Assembly (NCBI RefSeq): GCF_009914755.1
Contig: NC_060937.1
Length of the DNA: 64,000 nucleotides
Reading direction: 5' to 3' (one strand)
Source of the DNA: the human T2T-CHM13v2.0 reference genome, Homo sapiens
The translations under genes and the position numbers were made by a program. The first letter of the stretch is position 1. Each line of letters starts with the position of its first letter. The notes below the pieces were generated by a model. It was not told the origin of the DNA and ran no database searches. It saw only the letters and a list, made by a program, of their open reading frames with translations. This document shows, piece after piece, positions 1 to 13,699 of the stretch.

Positions 1-250
1 TAGTGGCTTAAAAGAACACAAATGTATTTCTTACAGTTCTTTAGATCAGAAGTTTAACACAGATTTCACTCAGCTGGGATCAAAGACGCATTCCTTTCTG
101 GAGACTCTCGGGGAGAATCCTTTTTCTTGACTTTTCCAACTTGCGGAGGCTGCCCACTTTCCTTGGCTCTCGGCCCCTTCATCCATCTTCAAAGCCAGGC
201 TAAGTCCTTCTGCTGGCATCTCTCTGGTTCTTTCTTCATAATCACATCTT
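1..250 (-). mobile_element. MLT1-type (MLT1D-like) ERVL-MaLR LTR fragment
   Basis: gtggcttaaaa..cttacagttct..ggggagaatcc..ttccttggctc..ccatcttcaaagccag resembles the reverse strand of the MLT1 consensus. Confidence 0.75.
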
Positions 251-1864
251 TTGATATCGGGATTCTGCCAGTCTTTTGGATGATGCCATTCTCTTCCAAA
301 ATTGTGTCCCTAGGCTGTGTGTGTTTCAGCTAGGGAGTTAGGAGTGAGGAGGCAGTGATAATGACAATGAGGCAGAGTTGGCAGGCATGTGGCCAGGCAT
401 CAGAAGCACAGGCAGGTGGGAGCAGTTCAGAAAAGAGGCACCAAGAGGATGCAGCACCAAGAAGGATGTCCTGATGAGTCTGAACTTTTCATTAGTAAAA
501 GATGTACTTGTCAAATAAATGAAGTTTAAATGCTTCTACACACAAATACATGGTTTTTATTATTCAGAGAAAATAATTCATGATAAAAAGAGTAAATAAG
601 CTGAACAGATAGATATTTACTAACCTAGGCATTGCTGATACATTAGCATTGCAAAGACTTTTTAGAAAAATCTGGATTCTGTTTGACTTATAGAAATTAT
701 ATTTTCTATAAGTATATTTATAAGTATGTATTCTTTAAGTATATTTATACTTCCCACCTCTGTATTACACTCCACATTACAACTCTGGGAGAATATAAAA
801 ATTGATCTGTATCGAATAGAAACATGACTGGCAGCAAAATAGCTTTCCATTAAAAAATAGAGCAAAGTGGACCAAAAGAAGAGGTAAGCAGATTTTATTA
901 CACTTATTTTTGTCCACTTCCTCAGTTTTTCCTGATTTATTTGAAAGTTCTAATCCCATGGCACAGAACTTATATTCATGGTTAAATAATTATATTCATT
1001 AGGCTCAAGTCCATTTAAGGAAAATAATGCTAATCTTGGTTCAAGTGACATTTTAAAATCTTAACATTCTGTATTGGTTTAGTAATTTTAGAGTGTTGTT
1101 GTTTTCAGACTTTGCACACAAATCCAATTGCCAGCTCTTCTTCACTTTTCTCACTTCCTATATACCATTAAAGCTTGAATGGGTGCCTTTCCTTCCAGGA
1201 CAGTATTCTCATCCGTTTGCTATTCTTTTTTAATTCCATTCTTGCCTTTCTGCCTTAGCCATATGTTAGTCTCATACTTCTCTATTGAATAACTCTTTTT
1301 GGCTCAATGGATATGAGAAACCAAGCAAAACTTCACATTTGAAGTAAATTATTGGCCTAGTTTATACACTAAGTCTCTCTTAAAATTCCATAACTGTTTC
1401 TTATTCAGGCACATTAATGAAATTCTAAATGTCAGCGAGCAGTACCAAAGGCCTGTAGTTACATGCTTTTCAAAATAAAGTATTGCCATTGCCTGCAGTT
1501 TTGCACATTCTGGTAAAAGGCATTAACAGTTTCTTTGTTTCTGCCTCAATTATCAATTGGTATCATGCTCAAAAATTGCTGAAAGATTACTAGGTTTTGG
1601 TTAGTAGTTAAAGAAGGTGAGTCTGCTCAGAATCACAAGAACATAGTATAGACTGTCTGAGTTGTGCATGTTACATGCAAGGATTAACTCATGTGCCAGT
1701 CTCTGGTGACTGGAGCACTGTGCTGAAAATTCTGGGTCTGTGATCAGTTAGTAATGTCTGCATGGGTGCGGTAATTGGGAGTGGAAATATATATGCCACA
1801 TATTTTCTATCTTCGTTAAATCTAGGTGAAGTCAACATAACAGCCTTTAAAAAAAAAAAAAGGA

Positions 1865-2100
1865 GCATGACTTAGTGGAAGGGAAGAATTTAGGCTCTCA
1901 AATCAGATAGTTCTGGGTCCAAATTCCAACCACACCTTTATCTACTTGTATGACACTGGGAAAGTTAGTTAACTCTTCTACAACTTATGAAATGTGTATA
2001 ATAAAACTGGTATTACATTGTTGTTAGAACAATTAATCAGAACTATACATGTAAAGAAGAACGTGGGCCCACATAGAGCCTTCATAAATGATCATTGTAG
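1865..2100 (+). mobile_element. MIR SINE
   Basis: ctgggtccaaattcc..tgtatgacactgggaaagttagttaactc core and MIR-like 3' end. Confidence 0.6.
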
Positions 2101-4389
2101 TGGTTATTTCCTATTTTATCTTCCCACACTGTTACTCACCTTTCTTCCAAGACAGTCTTCAGGTCATGTGGCTCTAGAGGGAGGAAGGGATACTCTAGCC
2201 TAAGCCAAGCACATTATACTCCTCCCAAGCCACAGCCATTGATTGAGAGTGGAGCTTCTGACCCAAATCAGACCAAACCCAGGCCTTCTCTGGAGAATTT
2301 CTGAACTGAGGCTGGTGAAACAGAAGCATTTTCTCCCTGTTGGCATGTGGTCCCAGAGCCATGCCTTCTCCTCCATGTGACAAGGCCTGTCTACATTGTC
2401 AAGAAGGAAGTGAGAATGCCACATCCGAAAGTCTAGTTCCAGTGACTGGGGCCCCTGGAGACCTGGACTCTCCTCCCAAGGTCTGGGAGTTTGGTCGTCT
2501 TTTCCTTTATTCATTAAAGCACCATCCCTCACCCCATCCCATATACCCGTTGTCGGCTGTGGATTTCTGATGGCCTTTAACTTTAAATGAGATCCAGACT
2601 CAAAACACGTCTGACTAATATGGTAGTTATTATTATGTCTGTTTTTTAAGAAGTTTGATTTCTGTAGATTTATCGCCTAATTACTGTATTGCTCCTCTCT
2701 TGACATTTTTCCTGTCTTCCTGGTACAAGGAAGCCTCAAAACCCACAGTGGTTTTCGAAAGCTTTTCTTATAAACATGTCATATTAAGTAACTGAGCTAT
2801 AAATATTTACTTATGATTACATATTGGGAGATTTATTGCTTGGAGTGGCCTAAGTAGATAAAAATTTATTTCTTAAAATAGGCATGATTGAGTGGTCTCT
2901 TAGAAAAATTTTATACCATAGAGTGTTAAACAAAGCCACAGTCATTATTTTGAACCTGTTCAAACAACTTAGCTCTCCACAAAGAAAGCTCTGCTCCACC
3001 TGACAAACTATGCCCAGCATGTGCTGGTGCTGGGGGTCCCTGTGTCCCCAGGATTGCCTCAGCCAAATGCATCAGCCTGGTGGAAACCAGAAGCAGAATG
3101 CAGGGCACTCTCAGCCCATGGCGTCTCATCCCCATCACCGCACCCCTCCCACTCCAGTGTCTGGCCATGGCTGGTCTTCCAAAAATGTCTGATTGATCAG
3201 AACCACAAATATCAAGAGAACGGCACATTAAACATTAAACTAATGCATCTTTCCCCTGAATCTCACCCCAACAATTGTCTCTCCCTCACCAACAACCTCT
3301 TCAGGTTTTTTTTCTGTCTAAGAGCACTTTCTTTCCTATACTCAGAAATGCTGTTCTCAGCTCTCTTAAGAAGAAGCTTCACTTTGCCTTGCTTTTCATT
3401 CTGAGATTTTTTGATAATCTGGGTAGGAAAATCAGATCCACTGTTTTCAGTTTATTACTCACAAAAAATTGACCCTTGCCCTTGAGAAATTACCTATATT
3501 ATTTTAGAAATCCACACAGGTGAACTAGTTGAAAAAAGTTACCAATTCACACTCTTATAATTAGGAAAACTGAAAAGGAGGCAGCCACATAAGTGTCCTT
3601 TTTCTTGTATGTTTTCCTCATTGCGGCGCTCAGCATGAGTAGACCAAACATTTGCTTGTTAATTTGCACTTTAACTAAATGCCTACTTGATCCTGACAGC
3701 CTTTTACACCAATTCAGCTTCTCCTTGATTTTCAGTCATTTCACCTTGGTTGGTTATTATTATTTATAATAAATACATTAAACGAATAATTTTATTCTTT
3801 ATAAAGTCTTTATGAACCAAATTTGAATTGTGTTTTTATAATTACCTCTATGCCCCCAGATATACATTAAATACTTAGTTGATATTTGATAACTGAATAG
3901 GGAATTACAGAGAAACTAATGTCTTTCAGAATCTGTTAGTCTAATGGGAAACACTGGGCAAACTCAGTTATTTTATAATTTCCCAAAGAACACACAAATT
4001 AATTTAATGAGCTTTCACTTTAAAGCTGAACTAGAGTGCATTACTCAGTGTGACTGAAATTTTTGTGCCCCCCCCAAAACACACAGAGAAATCTAATGTA
4101 TGGTATGAGCACTGTAGACAAACAGAATATCTTGGGCAGTAATGTGATCTGGTTCATATAATTTCAAATTTCGTGACCTATAAGAGTCTTTAGTCTGAGT
4201 GTTTCATTTAACAGAGGAGGAAACTGAAGTACAAAGGGAAATGACCTCCCACAATCACACACTTAACCAGTAGAGAGCTGTGGATCCTCAAAACCCACAT
4301 TACCACCTTGTCAAACAACTAGGATGAAATACAATAAACTGAGCATAAAACTTTTTGCACAGTTTATCTTCTTGATGCTACAGAGCTGT

Positions 4390-4620
4390 GCCATGGTGCT
4401 AAAAAACAGTAGAGTCAGAGTCAGAGAGTCTGGCTTTGAATTCCAGCACTGTTCATAATCATGGGCCTCAGGCACACCGTCCAGCTTCCCTGAGCCTCAG
4501 TGTTCACATCTGTGGAATGAGCGTGATGGCCACCTCCCAAAGCGGATTTCAGTGTTCACTGAAACCATATGTATTAAAATATTTTGTAAATTGTAAAGCT
4601 TCATGTAAATGTGAGGTTTC
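4390..4620 (+). mobile_element. MIR SINE
   Basis: ctggctttgaattccagc..ctgagcctcagtgttcacatctgtggaatg. Confidence 0.6.
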
Positions 4621-4714
4621 ATTATTTTTTTTTTGTTGGAATCTTCAATTGCCTCAAGGCCTAAGAATATCAGTTACATGGAATTCCTGGTAGCATTACA
4701 CAATGTCAGCTGAG

Positions 4715-4882
4715 GGCCAGGTGTGGTGACTGTAGTTCCAGCTGCTCGGGAGGCTGAGGCCAGAGGATGGCTTGAGCCCAGGAGTTCAAGGTTACAGTGA
4801 GCTATGATTGTACCACTGCACTTTAGCATGGGCAGCAGAGCTAGACCCTGACTCAAAAAAAAGAAAAGAAAAGAAAAGAAAA
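4715..4882 (+). mobile_element. Alu monomer (FRAM/FAM-like)
   Basis: single arm with (AAAAG)n tail; TSD aatg(t/c)cagctgag on both sides. Confidence 0.85.
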
Positions 4883-6029
4883 TGCCAGCTGAGGAAATGC
4901 AGGATACACCTGATTTTACTCTACACTTACTTAATAATGAGATTTTAAAATACTGTGTAAGTAAAGGGTGCTTTTAGAGTAAGCTTTCAAAAGAAGTGTG
5001 TGTGTTTTTAAGGCTTTTCATCCAGAGCAATAAAGAAAAACATTAGAAAGTCTTCTGATTCATTTCTTAGCCAGGTGTCAAGTTTTTTATTATTTGCTCT
5101 GAGATGAGCTCTATTAACTAACTTATTTCTCTGTCAAAAACTGAATTCTCATCTCTGTTCTCCTCCTGCTCAAATTTGGCAGCTCTGCATGACTGTCAGT
5201 CACGGCGGTTGGGAATGTTGCTCCCCTCCCTCAGCACTGAAAACGGTGAATAGATGTATTATTGCTGCTTGCAAAGTACTAGAATGTAGCTGTCGTGGGA
5301 AAATTTAAATGGTCGCAATAGCAATAACAATAACAACGCAGCCTGCCTGTCTTTCTTCTCGTGTTCCGGGGCAGAAAGGGAGCTACCACCAGCTACGCAA
5401 CTCAGTGGCTACACAAAATGCAAATTTCCCTGGCTTCGAACGTGGAGATTGTCCAATATCTAAAGAAAATTGTCTACATAAAAGAAATAATAAGAATTTT
5501 GGGGTGAAACAGTGCCTTTTCCAACGTTAAGTTTCAATTGCAAATCTTCACAAAGTTAATCCTGTTTTCCTGCAGCAACGGGGGAGTAATTTATCATTCA
5601 AATCATTGAAACCCAGAGACAATCACCAAACTTTATTTTAGCCAATGGTTTCATGTTTCTTATCAGGAGCAAGTGTTTTCTACAAAGGGTAACAATTAAT
5701 TGATTTGAATATTTTTGTGCATTGATTGCCCTTGATTTTGAATAATGTGAGAAAAAGTAGGAAAGAAAGCGCAAGGCAAAGAATATTATTCATAAAGCCA
5801 AGTTTGAATGTCTGTATCACAACATGTGCTCATAAGGTTAGAAATATTTAAGTGCATGTTTAGGTGGCTTGGTTATAGAAATAAAAAAGACATGAGCTGT
5901 AAATAGTGAAAAGATATTTTAGAACTTACGAAAGGGAGATTATGTATGTAAAGTATGTACCGTGGGTATTCATGGTGTTGGACTGAATTTCAGTTGCCCG
6001 GCTTCTACGCAGACACCTTCCTCCTTTTA

Positions 6030-7410
6030 ATCTAGTGATATTGTCCATCTCCCTGGTCACCCTTCTCTTCATACCTTACTAAGGCATCTCTGGTAGTAAC
6101 TAACTCCATTGACCTCCCTACTTTCCCCAGTTGTTCTCTGGGTACCATACACCTGATTTCTTTATACTCCACTGGCTTTTTCTTTCCTATCTTCTCTGAT
6201 AGCTTCTCCTCCCTTGCCCAACCACTAAATACTGAAAGCCCCAAGACACTGGGTCCCAATACCCCTCCTCTTCATTATATTTGAGGTCATCTCCTCCAAT
6301 TCCATGTGCTAGTAATACCCAAATCTATATATCTGGCCCTGGCCTCTCCCCAAAATATTCAACTCAAGTCCTAAATGCTTCTGTTTGGACATCTTGGAGA
6401 CACTGCAGGTTTAACCTGGCCAAAATAAAAGTTGATTCTCTATCACATACCTGTTCCTCCCCCAGGTTTCCCATTTCTGTAGGTAGCACCAACATCCAAC
6501 ATCCAGACAAAAAAACTAAGGCTTATTCTTGATTATTTTCTTATTTTCACACTCCGCATTCAGTCTGTCCTATCAAACCTGTCTCCCAAACAGATCCCAA
6601 TCTATCTAATCCTTTCCATTTCCATTATCAACACTCCAGTCCTAATCACTGTTTGCTCTCGCCCTTGCCTATTGTAAGAGCCTCCCAGGTTTGTCTCCCT
6701 CCTCCTATTCTTGTCTCCCTTCAGTCACTTCTTCACACAGCAATGATCTTTTAAAATAATAATAATAATGTGTCACACTCTCCTCCCCGTTTATAATACC
6801 CCTATGGCCTCCTATCTCATTTGCAATGAAATCCAGACTCTGCCTGGTTTATGAAGCCCCTACATCATCTGGACCCTGTCTAGTTCTCCAATATCATTTT
6901 GCATCGCTCTTCCCTTTTTACACCCCAACCAAACAGTTTACTTTTTATTTTTGTAACACACCAAGCATGTTCCTACCATAGAGCCTTTGCATGTGTTGTT
7001 TCTGGGCTGGATGCTCTTAAACCTAATATGTGCGTGGCTAGATTCTTCTTAACATTCATGTCTCAGCCTCATTCTGTCCTCATAGACGTCTCCCTGACAC
7101 CCAGCCTATTAGGTTGGTGCAAAAGTAATTGCAGGTTTGCCATTATTTTTGCACCAGCCTAATAAAACAGTGACTCTCTGTCATGTTACTATGCCTTAAT
7201 TCTCTGTGATGTATTTGTTGTACTATTCGACATTTTCTTATGCATCTATTAATTTTTCCTTTTTAGTTTGTGTGTGCGTGCTCACACATAATCATATTAT
7301 CAGCTTATGAGAGCAGGGGTCCTGCGGTCTTATTCACCACAATAACCTCAGTGCTTGGAACACTGCACGTAGTAGGTGCTCAAAAAACACATTTTGAACA
7401 AATGAATAAA
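6030..7410 (+). mobile_element. L2 LINE 3' portion
   Basis: pyrimidine-rich L2 body; diagnostic 3' end gtagtaggtgctcaaaaaa..tgaacaaatgaataa. Confidence 0.75.
7109..7162. mobile_element. MADE1 (Hsmar1 MITE), internally deleted, inside L2
   Basis: TIRs ttaggttggtgcaaaagtaat / attatttttgcaccagcctaa with TA TSDs at 7107-7108 and 7163-7164. Confidence 0.9.
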
Positions 7411-9196
7411 CCAATTTAAGCAGCAGGAAAATCTGTTAAATGGGAAATAAGCGACATTTTCTCTTTTATTTCATGGTGAGGTCTTGGCTGATTTAGCCAA
7501 ATTTCTAAGGACTAACCGAAAAAATAAAACTGAAACACATCATTTGGCCAATTCGTTTCAGTGAAACTCCTTTCTTCTGAATTTGTGATCAAGCCCGCCA
7601 TAAAGAAGAGACATGATGGCACTGTAAATCTGATAAATTTCTGATGAGATACATGGCAGTTTAATGCAACTTGGTGACATGACCCTTATGCTCTTACCAC
7701 TGCTGGGTCCTCATTCATGCGATGAGACTGTAGCCCAAACTCTAAGTAGGTTCTGACAAAGATGGAAAGCTTGGAGTACTAAGAACTGCTCCAGTGATAC
7801 TCCAGTTCTTTTCCCATTCTTTCCTCCTTTTTACTGATGCAAGATAAAATGGGAAGTACAGCAGGACAAGGAGTGCGATTCGTGCTCAGAGTAGCTGTAT
7901 TATGGGTTCTCACCTGGCTGAAACTCCTATTTGCATGGGATTATCTGACTCTCAGCTAAGATACACTGTTTCCCTAAGGCAATTTCGGAGGCCAAGCCCA
8001 AAATTGACACATTTAGAGATTCAGGAGCAAATAACTTTGTATTTATTTGTCAGTGAAGCACTATTTATGGCATTTCAATCACGTGGCAATCTTAAGACTG
8101 TAATTATAGAGGTCTAAGAAGAATATAGAACATTTCTTCTGACTTATCCTTTTGAGATTTAGAATTGAAAATAGTTTGATCTCTTTCTTCAGCCCCTCAG
8201 AGATAACTTACATGACCTTTAGCCAATTCCCCATTCTTCCTTTCTCATTTCACAATTGCAAATGCTACTGGGTAGTTTTCCTCTGTTTTGAGCCCCACCC
8301 TTCCTGTTGCTAAGCAGATGAACTGGATTACATAAATTGTCAATTTCTCAGCTGTGACAATGAAAAAGACAGGACAACAGTAGCCAGAAATGAGGACAGC
8401 TGCTTCTAGCACTTGGGATTTGGGGTTAGATGATGAAGAGAGAATCAAAAGGAAATAGGTGAAGTTAGCATAAGTAAAAAGTTAGACACAATTCTATTAC
8501 TTTAATACAAACTCTGTTAACATTTGGGTATATTTCTTTCAGAGATTGGTACTCATATTAGAGTGGAGTTATTTGGGTTTTTGTTTTTCCTTTATGCCTA
8601 CTTATAATTTACATGCTCTTATCCTTTGTTTTATAATATTTACAAGTTGCAGTTATTATTTTAATATTTCAGGTTAAGTTGACTTTTCAATATGGAGTCA
8701 GTTTTAAGTGTGTGCGTTTTAAAGGGGCATATTTGCATTTCTGACCCACAAAGACTAACATCACTTGTGACAATTAATTTTCACTCATCTAAATTTTGCA
8801 ATGTTTTTAAACAAAAACAGGTTTAATAATGATAGGTATCCACTAAACATCCAGCTTTTATCACATCACCTGTAGCTTCCCATGGAAATTTTCTACGAAG
8901 CAAACATTGGCTAGTATTACAGATATTTCCTTTTCAAGCCCTCATGTTTAATCAACTCCGCTTACCTGTGTGGCTTTAATAAGCGTAATGCCAACTCCAG
9001 CTCCCCAGAGTGAGGTAAACAGTATGTATGGGCATAATTAGCAAATCATTTGGTTGTAAGATGTTGTATGATTCACATATTTGGTTTTCTTTAATGAGGC
9101 ATTCCTCTCCAGACACATTAGTCGTTTCCCAAAATGCTCCTTTGCAAATAGCTATAGAAACAGCAAATGATGAACTAAAAAAGGTGTGCTGCACGT

Positions 9197-9215
9197 GGGA
9201 CACCAGAGGGCGCTA
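9197..9215 (+). promoter_or_regulatory. CTCF-binding motif
   Basis: gggacaccagagggcgcta, one mismatch to the CCASYAGRKGGCRS core; upstream ctgcac segment. Confidence 0.65.
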
Positions 9216-9907
9216 GAGTAATGTTATAATGTGCCTCTGCTTTTCTCTTAGCTTTGCTATTAAAAAATTAAAGCTTTTAAAATAATACACTACCTTGTCT
9301 TGAAGACATTTATTTGAAGTTATACGATATAGCTTTATGATTTGAGTCAAACATTTATTATTATTTATCATTACAGTCAGCATCTTCTCAAAAGCAGGTC
9401 TTTTATTCCCATGCTGAATTTTAGAAAAGAAATTCTAACAATAGTCCTCCTCTTAGACTTTTTTTTTAAGGAAAACACATTATTATTCTTAGATTGTGAC
9501 TTTGTCCTCTCCCAAGAGACAGTCACGTGTGTTAAAACGTTTAGTAGTTCTAGTCTGCTAGAAATGAATAATAGAGGAAGTGAATTATTTCTAAACTTTT
9601 AGAACCACAGAATTTGGGCATTTGATCAGTATTTGTCTACTGTTGAATTTAAAATAAAACATATGAATGTATCAGGATAAAGTGGCAGTGCTGCAAAAAT
9701 TTGAAGTGCTGAAAAAAGTTAGAAAATTAAATTGGCATTTATTAATAATAAGCAACCATTTTAGTGTAGCTAGAAGGTTTATTTTCTAGTGTTAAGCTGT
9801 CTTAAAAATCAGAGGTATTTTTGTTCAACATAATTTACTGAAAAGTGTGTATAGAATGCTTAATATGTATGTGCCTAAAATTGCTCTTAGTGACCAAATA
9901 TTCACAT

Positions 9908-10215
9908 GCTGGGTGTGGTGGCTCATGCCTGTAATCCCAGCACTTCAGGAGGTAAGAGGGTTCCTTGAGGCCAGGAATTCAAGAGCAGCCTAAGCAACAT
10001 AACAGGACCCTGTCTCCACAAAGATTTTAAAAGCAGCCAGGTGTGGTGGTGTGTGCCTGTAGTCCTAGCTACTTGGGAGGCTAAGGCAGGAGGATTGCCT
10101 GAGTTCATGTGTTCAAGGCTATAGTGAGCAGTGATCGTGCCGCTAGACTCCAGCCTGGGTGACAGAGCGAGACCCTGTCTCAAAACAAAAAATCAAACCC
10201 AAAAACCACAAAAAA
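9908..10215 (+). mobile_element. AluJ
   Basis: dimeric Alu, J-type aggattgcctgag / gaccctgtctc, degenerate A tail. Confidence 0.9.
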
Positions 10216-11279
10216 TTCACAAGACAACTTACGTAATCTAAGATATAAATCACACATACCAGACATGAAATTTGCAAATGTGTATCAGATAAAATACTAT
10301 GTGTTTAAAGGATGGGGATGCTATGTGACTGAAGGGTTAGGGGAGACTGGCGAAATGGAAGGAACTAGCTGAGCTTGAAGGATGGGGTAGGATCTAATTC
10401 AGCAGAAAACAAATTATAGCAGAATAACCATGGCCAGAAAGGGAGAGATGACACAAATGCATGTGCAGCAATATATCAAGCATCTGCTTTTCATCTTTCC
10501 ACAGGGAGGTCCCATCTCGCATTGTAAAGGGCATTGTTTTTATGTTATTTCTTTGTCTTTCATGTTGTGGTGTGTATTGGTTTGGGTTTTCTGGTTGTTT
10601 TCTTTGTGTTCTTTTACCAGAAAACAAAAACAAAAACAGCCTTTCAGAGGGGAAATCATTCCTCATCCCCAATATGACCAGTATTTGTTCCAGCCTTTCC
10701 CAGCTCTGGTCCAGCCAGATGAGAGTGCTGCTGTAATGTCCAGTGCTATGGCTGGGCGGCCTCAGGGAGAGCGAGGGTTCAAGTCCTCAGCCTTCTCACA
10801 GCGCTGCATCCAGGTGGATGCCACAGATCTTTCGATGCTGTGCCCTGTACACTGGGAAATTGTCTGTTTCCCTCTAGGGACTGAGGTTCTCAAGGTAGAA
10901 TCATGGCCTGATTCCACTTTGTAGTCCTAATGCTCAATGCACATTGGGAAGTCAGTAAATATTTCTTTTTTAATGTAATTATCTATTTATTAGTCCAAGA
11001 TCAGTGTAAATGTATTGTAGAAAATTATAAAATACATATAAGAAAAATACTTTTTGAAAAACATTGTAATCCTACAACAGTTTATTGGTATTACCTTAGT
11101 GCCTATCCTTCCAAACACTTTCTGTCCACCTCTATGTTTATCTGTTTTGCTATGTATCTACCTATCTAGGTATTTTTAAACTGAGATTAGACTATACACA
11201 CTTTTATAGCCAGTGTTTTCTCATTTAATAATCTCCACATTTCCATGTTAGTAAGTATTGATCTTAAATGATCATTCCT

Positions 11280-11420
11280 ATCAACAAACTTGCTGCATAA
11301 AAATCCCCCTGGGGAATGCTTGCCAAAATGCAGATTCCTAGGGCCCAGGCTGGATCTGCAGATTCAGAATCTCCAGGGTTATGGCTCTGGAATTTGTATT
11401 TTCACAAGCATCTGAATGCT
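11280..11420. mobile_element. MER5-like hAT-Charlie MITE
   Basis: aaaatgcagattcctagggccc..cagaatctccaggg..tggaatttgtattttcacaagc. Confidence 0.65.
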
Positions 11421-12469
11421 CATATTCCAGTCACTGATCTACACCATCATTTTGGGGAGCCAGAATAGATTTCTGTCTAGACAGATATATTGCATTTAAC
11501 CAATCCCTAGTTCAGTTTTTTCATTATCATGAGGCAGGTCATAAAGATCATTAAGTGATGAGCATCATAAGTTAAGATGGTAGACATTCTAAATCTCTAT
11601 AAATGTCAACACAGATTTATTTATGGTTAATATAGGAAGTTAAAAATCTATGCCCAGTCTTGACAGATGGAGCTTTTTGGTTATAAGGTGGTTATCCCAA
11701 AACCACAAAGCAAAATCATAAAATGAACAGAACTGCAGGGGTGTGTCTTTCTTCCTTCCCTCCTTCCTTCCTCCCTTTCTTTTTTTTTTTCTTTTTCTTT
11801 TCAGTTGTGGGCCATGGGAACATAAATCCAGGTGTGGGTAGCCAGATGACTCAAGTCCCCAGATTTGGTGCTCTCTCCTCTGTTTATGTGGACACAGTGA
11901 CTAGTTTTGCCTCTCTCAATCCTTTTGACCTCTGCTGACAGATTCTTTCTTAATACTGCTGATTTGGTTGTAATGAAACAACCTTGCCCAGCCCACATTA
12001 TTTCATCTCAATATGCGTTAGCATGACTGCTACAGTTCTCCAAGTTCTGGGCTGCCTCAGGGAAAAAGTCTGCCCATAATTTTTTCATATCTATTTTTTT
12101 CCTTTCAATTACATTTTGTAGCTCCCCCAGTTTCATGATGTAATGTTAGTGGAATTAAACTTGATCAGCTTAAAATTAAGTAATTAATTACATGAAGCTT
12201 CAATAATAGTTACAAATTGCTCCCTGCCTATCTGGGTGACACCCGGTGACAGTGAATTTCACAGTGCTATGAGGGACAGATGGTGAAGCTCCATTTGGCC
12301 TGTCATTTAAAGTATTTAGGTAATTAGGTTAAAAAATGTTTTCAAAGAACTCAGATGGGCCACATGTGTCCAACAGGCTATATATAAATGCCTGGACACC
12401 ACTTAAGACATAATATTGCTGGATTCTGTTTGGACACAATAGTGCTTAAACATCCATTTATTACTGTCT

Positions 12470-13110
12470 GTTGAGATCTTGCTTAGTAAGTGCCAGATAC
12501 TGTGCTAGGCACCAGAGATTCTGTGGTGAATAAGAGAGACATAGTCCCTGTCTTCATGGAATTTACAGTCTAAGGGATCAAAGACAAAAAAAAAACAAAA
12601 ACAAAAAAAAACAGGCAATTCCTCTAAGTACAGTAAGAGAATACATAGGAAAAGCAATTAACCCAGACTCCTAGTGTTAGGAAAGGCTTCTCCTGTGAGT
12701 AATGTCCAAAAAGAAATCTAAAGGACAAATAGAAACAGGCCAAGAGAGGGCAGAAGATGTCTAAGGCAGAAGGACCAGCATCTAGAAAAGTCCATGAGCG
12801 ACCACCATGCCACATTCAAGGTACTGTAAGAAGCTGGCTGAGACTCAGCATGGAGCTGGCTCTGAGCTGAAGCTGGGTGGGCACGCCAGGCCAGGACACC
12901 AGGTTCTTGGAAGCCCTGGCAAGGAGTTTGGACTTTATTATAAGGACAAAGCGGCTCCACTGAAAGTTTTTTAAGGAGAAGAGTGTTATATTTATGTTTT
13001 TAAAAGATCACTTTTGTCAAAGTAGGAGGAGTGGGTTGAAAAGTTGCAAGATGAGAGGAAAGGAGATCAGACAAACTGTCCTGCAGTCATCCAGCTGAGA
13101 GATGCTACTG
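12470..13110 (-). mobile_element. L2 LINE
   Basis: gtgccagatactgtgctaggc..ccctgtcttcatggaatttacagtcta, reverse L2 3' end. Confidence 0.7.
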
Positions 13111-13314
13111 ACCCGTTAGAGAAAGGATTCCTTAATTTTTTTACATTCATCAAGTATAACTATTTAGCTTATTATATTACACAGCTCATAACATTGCACT
13201 TGGCTCATACTATTTCTGCCAGAAGCCAGGCGCTTTTCTATGCAGTCTCTGTGTTTTTGGAGCTTACATTTGAGTGAAGAGAGATAGAAAGTAAACACAT
13301 TTTTAAAATTAATA

Positions 13315-13585
13315 CAATAGCATTTTTCACAACAGCCAATAGGTGGAAACAACCCAAGTGTCCATAACAAGGTAAACAAAATATGGTATACATACAATAG
13401 AATGGAATATTATTCAGCCTTAAAAGGAAGGAAGTTCCAGCACATGCTACAACATGGATGAACTCTGAGGACATGATGGTGATGATGTTTGCACAATATG
13501 AATGTACTTAATGCCACTTAATAGTACATTTAGTAATGATTAAAATGGTAAATTTTGTTATCTTTATTTCCCACAATTAAAAAAA
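13315..13585 (+). mobile_element. L1M (L1MB-like) 3' fragment
   Basis: tggaaacaacccaagtgtcca..atggaatattattcagccttaaaaggaagg..acatggatgaac. Confidence 0.8.
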
Positions 13586-13699
13586 TGTCATCCTTCCCCA
13601 CAGCCAAACATTCTATGAAGCTGTGGGGCAAAGAAATGCAAAAAGAGTGGCCCAAAACTGTGTTTCAGGTAGATTTTTTTTTCACTAGGAAAAAAAATT

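Noticed and set aside
10430-10924. 164-aa ORF
   Set aside because: No recognisable domain; T/G-rich low complexity; consistent with chance
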